Positions 30,001 to 40,286 of a stretch of 64,000 nt of DNA are shown one piece after another. Location: the NCBI GenBank assembly GCA_000092065.1, contig CP000588.1. One strand, given 5' to 3'. Source of the stretch: Ostreococcus lucimarinus (Eukaryota). Positions within the stretch are counted from its first letter, which is position 1, and every line of letters begins with the position of its first letter. A program made the position numbers and the translations under genes. The notes beneath the pieces are model-generated. The model saw only the letters and a program-made list of their open reading frames with translations. It was not told where the DNA came from and did no database searches.

Positions 30001-30576
30001 ATGGGCGCGAAGCGCGCGCCCGCCGCCTCGAGCGCGCCCGCGACGCGATTGCGACCGAGCGAGATATGGTACACGTTCGCCCGCGTGCGCGATCGCTTCA
30101 GCGGGTGCGGACGGACGCTGGAGGAGACGCTCGGAGAGATTCGCGACGGCGCGCTCGCGGTCGACGACCTGCCGACGATCGCCGTGGTGACGCACGACGT
30201 CGAGCGGGCGAGCGACGACGCGAGCGACGCGAGCGATGACGACGGCTCGGGCGGGCGACGGCGCGGAGGGAAGCGCGCGACGACGAGGTCGAGGACGGTG
30301 CGAAGGTACTACAGCATGAATAACCGGCGGTTGTGGGTGCTGAAGCGGTGCGAGGCGCTCGGACTGTGCGAGGACGTGCGCGTGCGCGTGGAGTCGCGAG
30401 AGGCGTGCGAACGGTTGTTGAGGAAGGGAAGTAGGAATTTTAGGGTGGATAGGTGCACGCCGGGACCGGTGAAGATCGTGGAGTCGGCGAAGAGGGAGGA
30501 ACGCGCGCCGGCGCCGGCGCCGGCGACGACGGACGAGGACGCGCCGGCGACGACGGACGAGGACGCGCCGGCGTAG
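30001..30576 (+). CDS. Conserved hypothetical protein (191 aa) with C-terminal tandem 'ATTDEDAPA' x2
   Basis: ATG at 30001 sits only 63 bp from the divergent TPR gene start. Globular-looking core ('SEIWYTFARVRDRFSGCG…NNRRLWVLKRCEALGLCEDVRV'). Confidence 0.55.
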   Translation: MGAKRAPAASSAPATRLRPSEIWYTFARVRDRFSGCGRTLEETLGEIRDGALAVDDLPTIAVVTHDVERASDDASDASDDDGSGGRRRGGKRATTRSRTVRRYYSMNNRRLWVLKRCEALGLCEDVRVRVESREACERLLRKGSRNFRVDRCTPGPVKIVESAKREERAPAPAPATTDEDAPATTDEDAPA

Positions 30577-30628
30577 CGAAATTGCGCGAATCGCTATGTT
30601 TGATTTATTTAAAGCTAGGTCTATCTCG

Positions 30629-32269
30629 CTAAAGGCCGCCGACGCAGACGTATTTCTGCTCGACGTACTCGTGAACGCCGTCCTTGCCGCCCTCGCGACC
30701 GATCCCGCTCTCCTTCGTCCCGCCGAACGGAGCTTGGGCGGTGGATATGGCGCCCGTGTTCACGCCCACGATACCAAAGTCAAGCTTTTCGCTAAAGTAA
30801 AACGTACGCTTGACGTCAGAGGTGTACACGTACGACGCTAAACCGGCGGTGGTGGCGTTGGCGATGCGAATGGCTTCGGCGTCGTCGACGAACGTCGTCA
30901 CCGCGGCGACAGGTCCGAACGTTTCTTCGCGCATCACCAGCATGTCTTCCGTGCACTTGGACAACACGGTCGGTTCATAAAAGCTACCGTGCGCGCGCTT
31001 GCCACCGGTGTGACACACCGCGCCTTTGCTCATCGCGTCGCGAACGTGCGAATCGACTTTTTCGGCGTGCGCGGCGTTGATCAACGGGCCTTGCGTGGCG
31101 TCTTCATTTTCCAAGCCATCGCCCATAACGAGCGCGCTCGCAGCGTCCGCGAGCTTTTGCACGAATTCAGCCTCCACGGACGCGTGCACGATGAAACGTT
31201 GCGCGCATACGCACGTTTGACCCGCGTTACGAAACTTGCTCGCCATCGCGCCCTGAACGGCGGCGTCCACGTCGGCGTCGGCGCACACCACAAACGGCGC
31301 GTTACCACCCAACTCCATGCTTACGCGCTTCACGGTGTCCGCACTCTGCTTCATCAATAACTTTCCCACGCGCGTGCTTCCGGTGAAGGTAATTTTTCGA
31401 ACGACGGGAGACTCGCACAGCGCCGCGCCTATCGCGCTCGGATCGCCCACGATGAATTGTAAAACACCATCCGGGCACCCAGCTTGCTCCGCGAGCACCC
31501 CGAGCGCAAACGCGCTCAGCGGCGTTTCTTCACTCGGCTTGACGACCATCGAACACCCCGCCGCGAGCGCCGCACCAGCTTTCCTCGTGATCATCGCCAA
31601 AGGAAAATTCCACGGTGTAATCGCCGCCGTCACGCCGACTGGTTGCTTCACAACCATGATTCTCGTCCCCGTCGACGACGAAGGCACGACATCACCGTAC
31701 ACGCGCTTCCCCTCTTCCGCGAACCACTCTAAAAACGATGCCGCGTACGCCACCTCTCCCCGGGACTCTATCAAAGGTTTGCCTTGTTCCGCCGTCATGA
31801 TTCTCGCCAAGTCCTCGGCGTTCGCCTCGACGAGCTCAAACCATCGTCTGATCACCTTTCCTCGCGCGTGCGCGCTGAATTCCGTCGCCCACACTTTCTG
31901 TGCGTCTTCGCTTCGCCTCAAGACGTCGGAAATCGCGGCGCGCGGCGTGGAGAGCACCGTCGCGAGCGTCGCGTTTGTAGCCGGGTTCTTCACCTCGAAC
32001 GTTTCGCTCGCGCGCGACGCGCCTCGCGACGCGTCCGTCGCGCTCGCGCCCGCGAAACGAAGCAAATTTGCGTTTCGCAGTTTCAGCGCCGCGGCGAGCG
32101 CGCTTCGACGCGCGTCGTCGTCTTCACCGGCGGTCGACATTGCACGCACCGCGCGCGCAAATTCACCGCGCGTCGCGCGCGCGAACGACGAAGGCGACGC
32201 CCGGGACGCGGACGCGATGCGCGCGCAATCACGGAACGCTCTCGAGCGAACGCGCGCGCCGAACGACAT
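30629..32269 (-). CDS. Succinate-semialdehyde dehydrogenase (ALDH5 family), mitochondrial presequence-like N-terminus
   Basis: ALDH motifs 'ITPWNFP', 'ELGGNAP', 'FRNAGQTC' (catalytic Cys), 'EETFGP'; overall SSADH-like. Confidence 0.9.
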   Translation of the reverse strand: MSFGARVRSRAFRDCARIASASRASPSSFARATRGEFARAVRAMSTAGEDDDARRSALAAALKLRNANLLRFAGASATDASRGASRASETFEVKNPATNATLATVLSTPRAAISDVLRRSEDAQKVWATEFSAHARGKVIRRWFELVEANAEDLARIMTAEQGKPLIESRGEVAYAASFLEWFAEEGKRVYGDVVPSSSTGTRIMVVKQPVGVTAAITPWNFPLAMITRKAGAALAAGCSMVVKPSEETPLSAFALGVLAEQAGCPDGVLQFIVGDPSAIGAALCESPVVRKITFTGSTRVGKLLMKQSADTVKRVSMELGGNAPFVVCADADVDAAVQGAMASKFRNAGQTCVCAQRFIVHASVEAEFVQKLADAASALVMGDGLENEDATQGPLINAAHAEKVDSHVRDAMSKGAVCHTGGKRAHGSFYEPTVLSKCTEDMLVMREETFGPVAAVTTFVDDAEAIRIANATTAGLASYVYTSDVKRTFYFSEKLDFGIVGVNTGAISTAQAPFGGTKESGIGREGGKDGVHEYVEQKYVCVGGL

Positions 32270-32481
32270 GCGTCGGCGAGTGTCAGTCGGCGCGGCGACG
32301 AGCGCTCGGTCGACGCGTCGCGAACGAGTCGAAGAGTTGATTTCGTCGCGTCGAAAGACCGAGCGTGAATGAATTAATACATCAAAGATAAAGTTCGCGC
32401 GCTCGTCCGCGGCGCGCGATGACTCGCGAACGCGCGGGCGCGCGCGCGACCCGACGTCGCGTTCGCCTCGGCTCGGCCGCG

Positions 32482-32971
32482 CTATCCGCCGAGCTGCTTA
32501 TTCGCCAACAACACCAACAATCCTTGTTTCCCCAACAAAATCTCATTCATAAAACTAATCATCCCGACCCAGATGATCGGCGAGACGTCCACCCCCCCCA
32601 CCGGCGGCACGAGCGCGCGCGTGGGCTTGAGCAAAGGCTCCGTCGGCGCGTACGCCAAGACCCACGGCAACTTCGTGTACGGCACGCTCGGATACCACGT
32701 CATGACGATGCGCACGATGAACAAAATCGTGCTCAGCGCGAACAACGGTCCCAGCACCGCGCTCGCCGTCTTCGCGCCCTCCGGATCGAGCGCGAGTTCG
32801 CTCACCAGCTGCGCCGCCGACGCCGCGCCCGCGTTCGTCGCCGCGAGCGCCGCCGCGCTCAGCGCCAGCGCGTCCGTCGCGCGCCGCGTCGTCCGTTCGC
32901 TCCCTCGCGCCCGCGTCGTCGTCATCGTCTCTGTCACCGCCGCGTCGTCGTCCGTGCGGTTTCGTCGCGCC

Positions 32972-33006
<35 letters not shown>

Positions 33007-33108
33007 GCGCGTCGTCACCATCCGCGTCGTCCCTCGTCGTCGTCGCGTCGCGCGCGCGACCGCGCCCGCGTCGCCGCCGACGCGCGCGCGCGCGCACCGA
33101 AGCATCAT
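32482..33108 (-). CDS. YGGT/YlmG (Ycf19)-family membrane protein, plastid-targeted
   Basis: C-terminal 'IVRIVMTWYPSVPYTKLPWVLAYAPTEPLLKPTRALVPPVGGVDVSPIIWVGMISFMNEILLG' matches the YGGT domain. The long ORF 32482..33729 is artefactual upstream (antisense of the MAPK gene); ATG at 33108 gives a transit-peptide-like start. Confidence 0.7.
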
Positions 33109-33228
33109 CGCTCGCCCCGTCGTCGCCCGCGCGTCGTCGCTTCCTCTCGCGCGGTGAAGTGCCGCGCGCGCGTCGGCCCGACGCCATTCGATCGCGCGAT
33201 CGCGCGCGCGCGACGACGCGACGACGCG

Positions 33229-34746
33229 ATGAGCGACGCGCGCGCGCGCGACGACGCCGCCGACGACGCGCGCGCGGCGTCGTCGTCGACGAAACCGACG
33301 AACGCGACGGAATTCTTCGCCAATCTGCGCGAATCGTCGAACGAGTCGGCGCGGTACGAGCTCGAGGAAGTCATCGGAAAGGGGAGCTACGGCGTCGTGT
33401 GCGCGGCGATCGATCGACAGACGGGGAACAGGGTCGCGATAAAGAAGGTCAAGAACGCGTTCGATCACGCGAGCGACGCGACGCGGATCCTGCGAGAGGT
33501 GACGCTGTTGCGACACCTGAAGCACCCCGACATTGTGGAGGTGTTGAACATCATGTTGCCGCCGAACCCGAGGGATTTTAACGATGTCTTCATCGTGTTC
33601 GAGCTCATGGAGACGGATTTGCATCAAGTCATCAAGGCGAACGATGACTTGACGGACGAACACTATCAGTTCTTCTTGTATCAACTGTTGCGCGGGTTGA
33701 AGTACATGCACAGCGCCAACGTCTTTCACAGAGACTTGAAGCCGAAGAATATTTTGGCCAACAGCGACTGTAAGCTCAAGATTTGTGATTTTGGCTTGGC
33801 GCGGGCGATGACCGCTAAAGCTGGACCGCAGATGATATTCTGGACCGACTACGTCGCGACGAGATGGTACCGCGCGCCAGAGTTGTGCGGGAGTTTCTTC
33901 ACCAAGTACACGCCGGCGATCGATATTTGGGGCGTCGGGTGCATTTTCGCCGAACTCTTGCGAGGGAAGCCGCTGTTTCCGGGTAAAAACGTTGTGAAGC
34001 AGTTAGAAATCATCACAGATCTACTCGGGACGCCGACGCCGCTGCAAATCGCCAAGGTTCGCAATGAAAAGGCGAGACGGTTTTTACAAAACATGCGTAT
34101 CAAACCCGCGGTGCCGCTATCGGAGAAATTCCCTGGCGTCGACCCCAAGGCGCTGAACTTGCTTAGTAAATTATTAGCATTTGATCCGGACGATCGCCCC
34201 ACCGCCGCGCAGGCGCTGGCAGATCCGTACTTTGACGGTTTAGCGGACGTCTCGCGAGAGCCGGCGCGACGACCGTTGCCGAAGGATGAATTTGATTGGG
34301 ACTCTCGGAAGCTGTCTCGCGAAGAAGTTCGCGAGCTTCTGTACAAGGAGATTCTACACTATCATCCGCAGGCCAAGCGCGAGTACGAGGGCAACGAAAA
34401 GAAGAGTGGGTTTGACTATCCGAGCGGCGTTTCGGACATGGCGCATAAGTTCAATTCGCTCGAGCAGGGCGGTCCCGAGACGCGTTTCCAAACTTCCAAG
34501 TCCCTTCCCAAGCACGCACTGGGCGCTTATCGCGAAGAAGCACAGCGATTCGCCGGCGGCGTCCACGCTCTGGCGCGCTCGGACAGCGCCAAACCGGGCG
34601 CGTCGCCAAGCGCCATGGACGCCGCGGACGACGACTTTGATTTGGCCGACGTCGTCCAAGCAATGTCGCTCGACGCCAAAGAAGCCGACGCCATCGCGAA
34701 GGAGGCGGAAGCTCTATTGGCCAGCGGACACGAGATCGCCATGTGA
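33229..34746 (+). CDS. Mitogen-activated protein kinase, TDY-type (plant group D-like) with C-terminal extension
   Basis: 'GKGSYGVVCAA', 'HRDLKPKN', 'DFGLAR', activation loop 'TDYVATRWYRAPE', common-docking-like region. ATG at 33229. Confidence 0.9.
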   Translation: MSDARARDDAADDARAASSSTKPTNATEFFANLRESSNESARYELEEVIGKGSYGVVCAAIDRQTGNRVAIKKVKNAFDHASDATRILREVTLLRHLKHPDIVEVLNIMLPPNPRDFNDVFIVFELMETDLHQVIKANDDLTDEHYQFFLYQLLRGLKYMHSANVFHRDLKPKNILANSDCKLKICDFGLARAMTAKAGPQMIFWTDYVATRWYRAPELCGSFFTKYTPAIDIWGVGCIFAELLRGKPLFPGKNVVKQLEIITDLLGTPTPLQIAKVRNEKARRFLQNMRIKPAVPLSEKFPGVDPKALNLLSKLLAFDPDDRPTAAQALADPYFDGLADVSREPARRPLPKDEFDWDSRKLSREEVRELLYKEILHYHPQAKREYEGNEKKSGFDYPSGVSDMAHKFNSLEQGGPETRFQTSKSLPKHALGAYREEAQRFAGGVHALARSDSAKPGASPSAMDAADDDFDLADVVQAMSLDAKEADAIAKEAEALLASGHEIAM

Positions 34747-34850
34747 GCGACGCTCACGGCGGCGACTACGTGGTAACTAACTTACTAAATCAGTCTTGTA
34801 CAAAAAAAAAAGCATTCCTTTTTGTCTCGACTTCATTCCGAGGCGCCGCC

Positions 34851-35387
34851 ATGGGAGCCTCCCACTCCGCCCCGACGCCCGACGTGGACGACGTGCAAAG
34901 CTTAGATCAACTCCCGAGCGCGCGCACGGCCACCGGCGAGGACTTCGACTTCAAATCGACGCGCAATAAGGTCACCCTAGTCGTCAACGTGGCGAGTGCT
35001 TGCGGGCTCACGACGAAAAACTATGCGGATTTCGCATCTCTGCAGGACCGATTCGGCGACGATCTAGTCATCCTGGCGTTCCCGTGCAATCAGTTCTTGT
35101 TCCAGGAGAGCGGGAGCTCGAAGTCGATCTGCGCGTTCGCGCAAAAGCGTGGCTTCAAGGGCACCGTTTTTGAGAAATGCAAGGTGAACGGCAAGGCGGC
35201 GTCGCACGTGTTTCGTTGGCTGAAGCGCGCGCAGCGCGTGAGGCGCGTGCAGTGGAATTTCGGGAAGTTTTTAGTGGATAGAAAAGGACGCGTGCGCGGG
35301 TATTTTTCTCCGCACACGCGGCCCATGGAGTTCGAGGACGCGATAAAGGCGCTGTTAGACGAGCCAGTCGACGCGGACGCGAGTTAG
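34851..35387 (+). CDS. GPX: Glutathione peroxidase (Cys-type), N-terminus MGASHS fits an N-myristoylation consensus
   Basis: 'VNVASACGLT' (Cys in place of Sec), 'LAFPCNQF', 'WNFGKFLVD'. ATG at 34851. Confidence 0.85.
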   Translation: MGASHSAPTPDVDDVQSLDQLPSARTATGEDFDFKSTRNKVTLVVNVASACGLTTKNYADFASLQDRFGDDLVILAFPCNQFLFQESGSSKSICAFAQKRGFKGTVFEKCKVNGKAASHVFRWLKRAQRVRRVQWNFGKFLVDRKGRVRGYFSPHTRPMEFEDAIKALLDEPVDADAS

Positions 35388-35476
35388 GTGGTCGGACGGA
35401 TAGAAGATGGATGTCGGAGGTAATGTTACACACAAAATTCGTTAATTCGATCGATATCGGATCGATTATTCGCCTT

Positions 35477-37122
35477 CTAGGCCTTCGCCTTCTTGGCGGA
35501 CTTTTCTTTCTTGTCCTTCTTTTCCTTCTTGGACTTCTTCGGAGTCGCCGTCGCAGAGTCGGTCGCCTTTCGCTTGCCGCCGCCGCCCGCCTGCGGGCCG
35601 ATCTCGGCGATCACCTCTTGCATCATGGCGATATTCTTACGCGGTGCCGTGCCCTTGTCGTAAAATGCCAATCGCTCTTCGACTTGATCCTTCAACTTTT
35701 CGCCGAACAAGGTGGTTTGGAAGTCGCTAAAGCAGTCAATTCTGCTTGCGATGCTACACTTGTTGGCTAAGTATCGAGAAATTCTCCCCTTGTTTCGCGC
35801 GTTCGCCTTGCCGATGAACGTGCTGTGGAAAATCAAACCGTACTTGGGCGTGTTCCCCTTGGTCTTCAGCGCGCGGAAGAGCGCTTTTTCGGCGCCGAGA
35901 ATTTGCACCGTCGACGCCGGGTACTTGGCTAAGTTCGTGAGCGAACCGGCGTGCGAAATCAAACGCGCGGCGATAATGTCACCGATCAACGCGCCCAGGT
36001 TCGGGGCCACCTGCCAGTACGATAAAACGATAAAAATGGTCAGTGTCTTCGTTCGGGTTGTTTTGATGAAAAATTTCCGCGTCGACGTTGTTCCCCACAG
36101 ACGCGAGTCAGAGTGGTGCATGAATTGTTTCAACAAGGTAATTCAGATCAGGTCTGTGATTGGTGTATCATAATCATCAACCCCACGAACTGCGAGAGAA
36201 TCATTGGCGATTGATCGGTACGAGCGTTCGTCGCGCGCTTCGAAATACTTACCACACTCATCTTGTTGTTCAAGTAGTTGTGAAGACTGGTTCGGTACTC
36301 GGCGAGGGAAATGACGCGCTTGGCGAAGGACTCAATGTTGATCATGTCCACCGGTGAGATGTCTTGACCCATCGACGCTTTGGCTGCCTCGATCACTTCT
36401 TTAGCCTTGTCCTCGTCCCCGGTGATTTCCTTCAACGCCGGCATCGCCTCATCGGTGAGCGTCGCCTTGTCCTTGATCACGAGCGCCAGTCTCGCGTACA
36501 TGTAGTTGTCGTTGACGACTTTGACGAGCTCGGGAAAGTGCCAACCGTACCATTCGCGCACGCGCATGATGAAGGTGTTGATGTCCTTATCGAGCGTGTC
36601 GATCAGCGCGATGGCCTGGATGATCATGTTATCCGATCGGTTCACGTTGAACTTGACCTTGGCGCGAGAGTACGAGTGCGCCAAGCCGAGTTGCGCCTTT
36701 TCGTAGTCGCCACCCTTGAAACCCTTGACAAACTTTGTGAAATACGCGCGAATGCCCCGAATAATCTCACCGACGTGATCGTTGCACACGCACGGAATCT
36801 TCGTCGTCTCCACGATCGAGTTCCCGAGCTTGGAGTCCGCGACGCCGAGCTGAAACTTGGCCTTTTTAGAATCCTTCAACTTTGGCAAGTTTTGCTCTAA
36901 AAAGTTTTGCAAATCCTCCGAGGCCACGCCCTCGGACACGCAATTAATCTGCTCCAGCGCGTTCGCCGCCGACGTAAACGGTTTAAACCCGTGCAATTTC
37001 ACAACCTTCCCGAACTTATCCGCGCTCTGCGTCGTCTCCTGCACCTTCTCCAGCGCCTGTCCCACGACGTCCAAATCCAGCGTCTCGAACAACCCGTACC
37101 CCGACGAGGACTCGAACAGCAC
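35477..37122 (-). CDS. NOP56: Nucleolar box C/D snoRNP protein NOP56; two exons resolved (join 36253..37122, 35477..36010), initiator ATG not found
   Basis: Exon A: '[12 protein letters not shown]', '[43 protein letters not shown]', then …KMSV followed by a GTAAGT donor. Exon B: acceptor cag then '[10 protein letters not shown]…AGSLTNLAK…[18 protein letters not shown]' and a KKD-rich tail. The track 'M' at 37122 is GTG; the frame is closed by a stop 7 codons upstream with an acceptor-like 'gcgaacag|GCGCAG', so a tiny 5' exon is inferred. Confidence 0.85.
36100..36186 (-). ncRNA. Candidate intronic box C/D snoRNA inside the NOP56 intron
   Basis: On the gene's sense strand: TGATGA (C box, plus-strand 36174-36179), two internal CTGA (36144-36151), then a terminal CTGA (36108-36111) about 65 nt downstream. 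No convincing terminal stem, so the call is weak. Confidence 0.2.
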
Positions 37123-37832
37123 GAACTGCGCCTGTTCGCGTCACCGATCGCGCGTCGCGCGTCTCCGTCAGTCTCCGCGCGTCTCCGATCGTCCCGCGCG
37201 CGTCGCGCGCGCTCGCATCGCGCGCTCCCGTCGCGTCTTCGTTCCGCGGAGGTTTACGCCGCGATCGTCCTCGCGCGCGTTTCACCGCCGTCTCGCGCGT
37301 CGCCGTCTCGCGCGCCGTCTCGCGCGCCGCGTCTCCCACCGCCGCGTCGCGCATCGCGTCTCGCGTCTCGCGTCGCGTCGCGTCGCACCATGATCGCCGT
37401 TCCGCGCCGTCGTCGCGCGCCGCGCAATGCGGCGGAATCGGCCCGGCGGCGCGCCGCGACGCGCGTCGCACTGTTTGCGCACACACGATGAGTGATGACT
37501 CGAAGACGACGCACGGGGTACACGCGACGGATCGAGAGCGTCACTTTTACGCGTCGGCGACGCGCCGCGTCGGCGACGCGCCGACGCCGCGCTCGCGTCG
37601 TCGTCATTCCCGTCGCGCGGTCGCGCGGTCGGGACTCGTCGAACGATCGGTCGCGCGCCGAGGTGTCGCGACCCGCACTCGCCGCCGCGCGCGTTCGTTC
37701 CGCGCGCGCGCGATGCCGCTGCGACGCGACTACGCGAGCGCGGGCGCGAACCGCGGGACGCGATGCGCGACGTTCGCGCGCTGCGGACGCGCGACGGTGC
37801 ACTGCGGCGGCGACGGCGCGCACGCGCGCGCG

Positions 37833-40148
37833 ATGGACGACGGAGGCGCGACGACGACGACGCGAGGCGCGGGCGCGCGCGCGACGTGCGTCGAAACGCT
37901 CGACGACGGACGAATCGTCGTCGGCGACGCGCTCGGGCGCGTGCGGGCGCGCGCGCCGGGCGAGGACGGGGGCGAGGGGGCGGTCGGGAGGCACGCGCGA
38001 GGACCGGTGCGGGACGTCGCGGCGGCGACGCGCGGGACCTTCGTCACGTGCGCGGACGACGGGGACGTCATCGCGTGGGCGACGCCGGAGAGGAACGAGA
38101 GCGGCGAAGAATTGAGAGAAATTGGGAGGTTGACGATGGCGAGCGCGAGCGCGCCGCTGTGCGCGGCGGTGACGCGCGCGCCGGGCGTCGAGGAGCGACG
38201 CGTGCTCGCCGTCGGGTGCGTCGACGGACGGACGCGGGTGTACGCGTGCGATTTCACGAACGAGGGCGCGGTGACGTTCGAGGCGTGCGGGGTTTTGGAC
38301 GGGCACGCGGATTGGGTGCGCGGCGTCGCCTTCGCGCCGACGAGGCGCGACGACGCCGTCTTCTTAGCGACGGCGAGTCAGGACCGCACCGCGAGGGTGT
38401 GGCGCGTGCAAACCGTGCCCGCGGACGGCGCGCGGGCGTCGAAGGACGCCGCGCCGTTCGCGCGTCTCGCCGCGCCGCCGGAGCCACCGAGCGCGGTGCT
38501 CGTCGGCCGGCGCGTGAAGACGTCGCTCGAGAGCTTGCTCATCGGACACGAGGATTGGGTCACGTCCGTGGCGTGGCACCCGGACGCGTCGAAGATGGTT
38601 TTGATGACGGCGAGCATGGATCGCTCGCTCGTGCTTTGGTCTCCGGCGGGCGCGCCGTGGACGAGCGAAGAGGCTGGCAGCGAGCTTTGGATGAGCTCGA
38701 CGTCCTTGGGCGAGGCGGCGGCGGTGTGCTTGGGGTACTACGGCGCGTCGTTTTCGCCCGACGGCGACGCGATAATGGCCAACAGTCACGGCGGCGCCCT
38801 ACACCAGTGGCTGCGCGACGACGATGGGTCGTGGCGTGCGATTCCGGGAACGTCTGGACACACGATGCGCGTGACGTGCTTGCGCTGGGACACCGCCGGT
38901 CGATGGCTCATGTCCGGCGGCGGAGATCAAACCGTCCGCGTGCACGCGCCGTGGCACGGCGACGGTCCGAAAGGTTGGCGCCAAATCGCTCGACCGCAAG
39001 TGCACGGCCACGACATCGTGTGTTTTGCTACGATGCACGACGACGCGGGGACGACGACGTACGTCAGCGGGGCGGATGAAAAGGTGTTGCGAGTTTTCGA
39101 AGCCCCCGGCACGTTCTTAGGAACCGTGATCAATAGTTTAGGAAACACGGACCCCGTCGCCGCGGCCGCGCTGACCAAGGCGAAGAACCTTTCTCTCGAG
39201 TCGCTCGGCGCCGAACTTCCCGCGCTCGGGTTGTCGAACAAGGCGCTTCGAGGCGCGGACGCGGAGGACTTGCCGAGCGACGTCGCGGGTCTTCGCGCGC
39301 AGGCGGCGCAGCAGGAAGGTTTAATCGAGGAATACAACGCGCGCGGCGTCGAAGCCATCACACCGCAGGCGCTCACGCACCCGCCACTCGAAGAAGTCCT
39401 CGCACAGGCGACGCTTTGGCCCGAAACGCGAAAATTGTACGGACATGGCAACGAAATTCGCGCCGTCGCCGCGCATCCGAGTGGCGATTTGATCGCTTCG
39501 GCGTCGAACGCGCTCACGGCGGCTTCGGCGGCTATTTGGGTCTGGTCGCGCGGACAGAACTGGAAGCCACTCGGAACTCTCAGCGGCGCGACACTCACGG
39601 TGACCGCGTTAGAGTTTACGCCGAGAAACGCCGCGCGAGATTACCTTCTCGCTGCGAGCCGCGACAGGCACGTCTGCCTGTTTGCGCCGTCGTCGCGCGA
39701 CGCGCCTCGAGGAGAATTCGGTGACGACGGGTGGCGCTTGCTGACGCGCTTCAAGGCGCACGATCGCGAGATATACGCCGCGTCTTGGGCGCCGTGCGGC
39801 GCTTTATTCGCCACAGCGGGGCGGGACAAAAAGGTGAAGATTTGGCGCGTCGTCGACGACGCGTGCGAGCCCGCGTGCGAGCTTCCCAAATTCACCGCCG
39901 CGCCGACGGCGATGGCGTTCGCGTCCGACCCCGACGCTCCACTCGCGATCGCAATCGGCTTCGACGACGGTGGGATCGAAGTCCACGTCGCATCCGCCGA
40001 CGCCGCGTCTTGGACGTTGTCGTCTCGCGCGTCCGCGAACGATCGTCACGGCGCCGCCGTGCGCGCCGTCGCGTGGCGTCCCGGCTCCTCCGCCGTCTTC
40101 GCCTCCGCCGGCGACGACCACGCCGTGCACGTGTACGAACACGAGTAA
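37833..40148 (+). CDS. ELP2: Elongator complex protein 2 (ELP2), WD40 repeat protein
   Basis: Multiple WD repeats; C-terminal 'WAPCGALFATAGRDKKVKIWR' is typical of ELP2. The first 115 codons of ORF 37488..40148 are Arg-rich; ATG at 37833. Confidence 0.8.
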   Translation: MDDGGATTTTRGAGARATCVETLDDGRIVVGDALGRVRARAPGEDGGEGAVGRHARGPVRDVAAATRGTFVTCADDGDVIAWATPERNESGEELREIGRLTMASASAPLCAAVTRAPGVEERRVLAVGCVDGRTRVYACDFTNEGAVTFEACGVLDGHADWVRGVAFAPTRRDDAVFLATASQDRTARVWRVQTVPADGARASKDAAPFARLAAPPEPPSAVLVGRRVKTSLESLLIGHEDWVTSVAWHPDASKMVLMTASMDRSLVLWSPAGAPWTSEEAGSELWMSSTSLGEAAAVCLGYYGASFSPDGDAIMANSHGGALHQWLRDDDGSWRAIPGTSGHTMRVTCLRWDTAGRWLMSGGGDQTVRVHAPWHGDGPKGWRQIARPQVHGHDIVCFATMHDDAGTTTYVSGADEKVLRVFEAPGTFLGTVINSLGNTDPVAAAALTKAKNLSLESLGAELPALGLSNKALRGADAEDLPSDVAGLRAQAAQQEGLIEEYNARGVEAITPQALTHPPLEEVLAQATLWPETRKLYGHGNEIRAVAAHPSGDLIASASNALTAASAAIWVWSRGQNWKPLGTLSGATLTVTALEFTPRNAARDYLLAASRDRHVCLFAPSSRDAPRGEFGDDGWRLLTRFKAHDREIYAASWAPCGALFATAGRDKKVKIWRVVDDACEPACELPKFTAAPTAMAFASDPDAPLAIAIGFDDGGIEVHVASADAASWTLSSRASANDRHGAAVRAVAWRPGSSAVFASAGDDHAVHVYEHE

Positions 40149-40286
40149 CCCTAGCATTTTAGTCCATCGGAAACGTCGTAGCCACGTCGCCGCCTTCGCC
40201 TTCGCGCGTCGTCGCTCGTCGCCACTTCGCGCCTCGCGTCGAAGCCCGCGACGTCGTCCGCGCTCGACCGAGCGATTTCGCGCCCC

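Noticed and set aside
32482-33729. 415-aa ORF on the minus strand
   Set aside because: Only the C-terminal about 200 aa (the YGGT domain) are real. The N-terminal part is the antisense frame of the MAPK gene's 5' region, so the gene is trimmed to ATG 33108.
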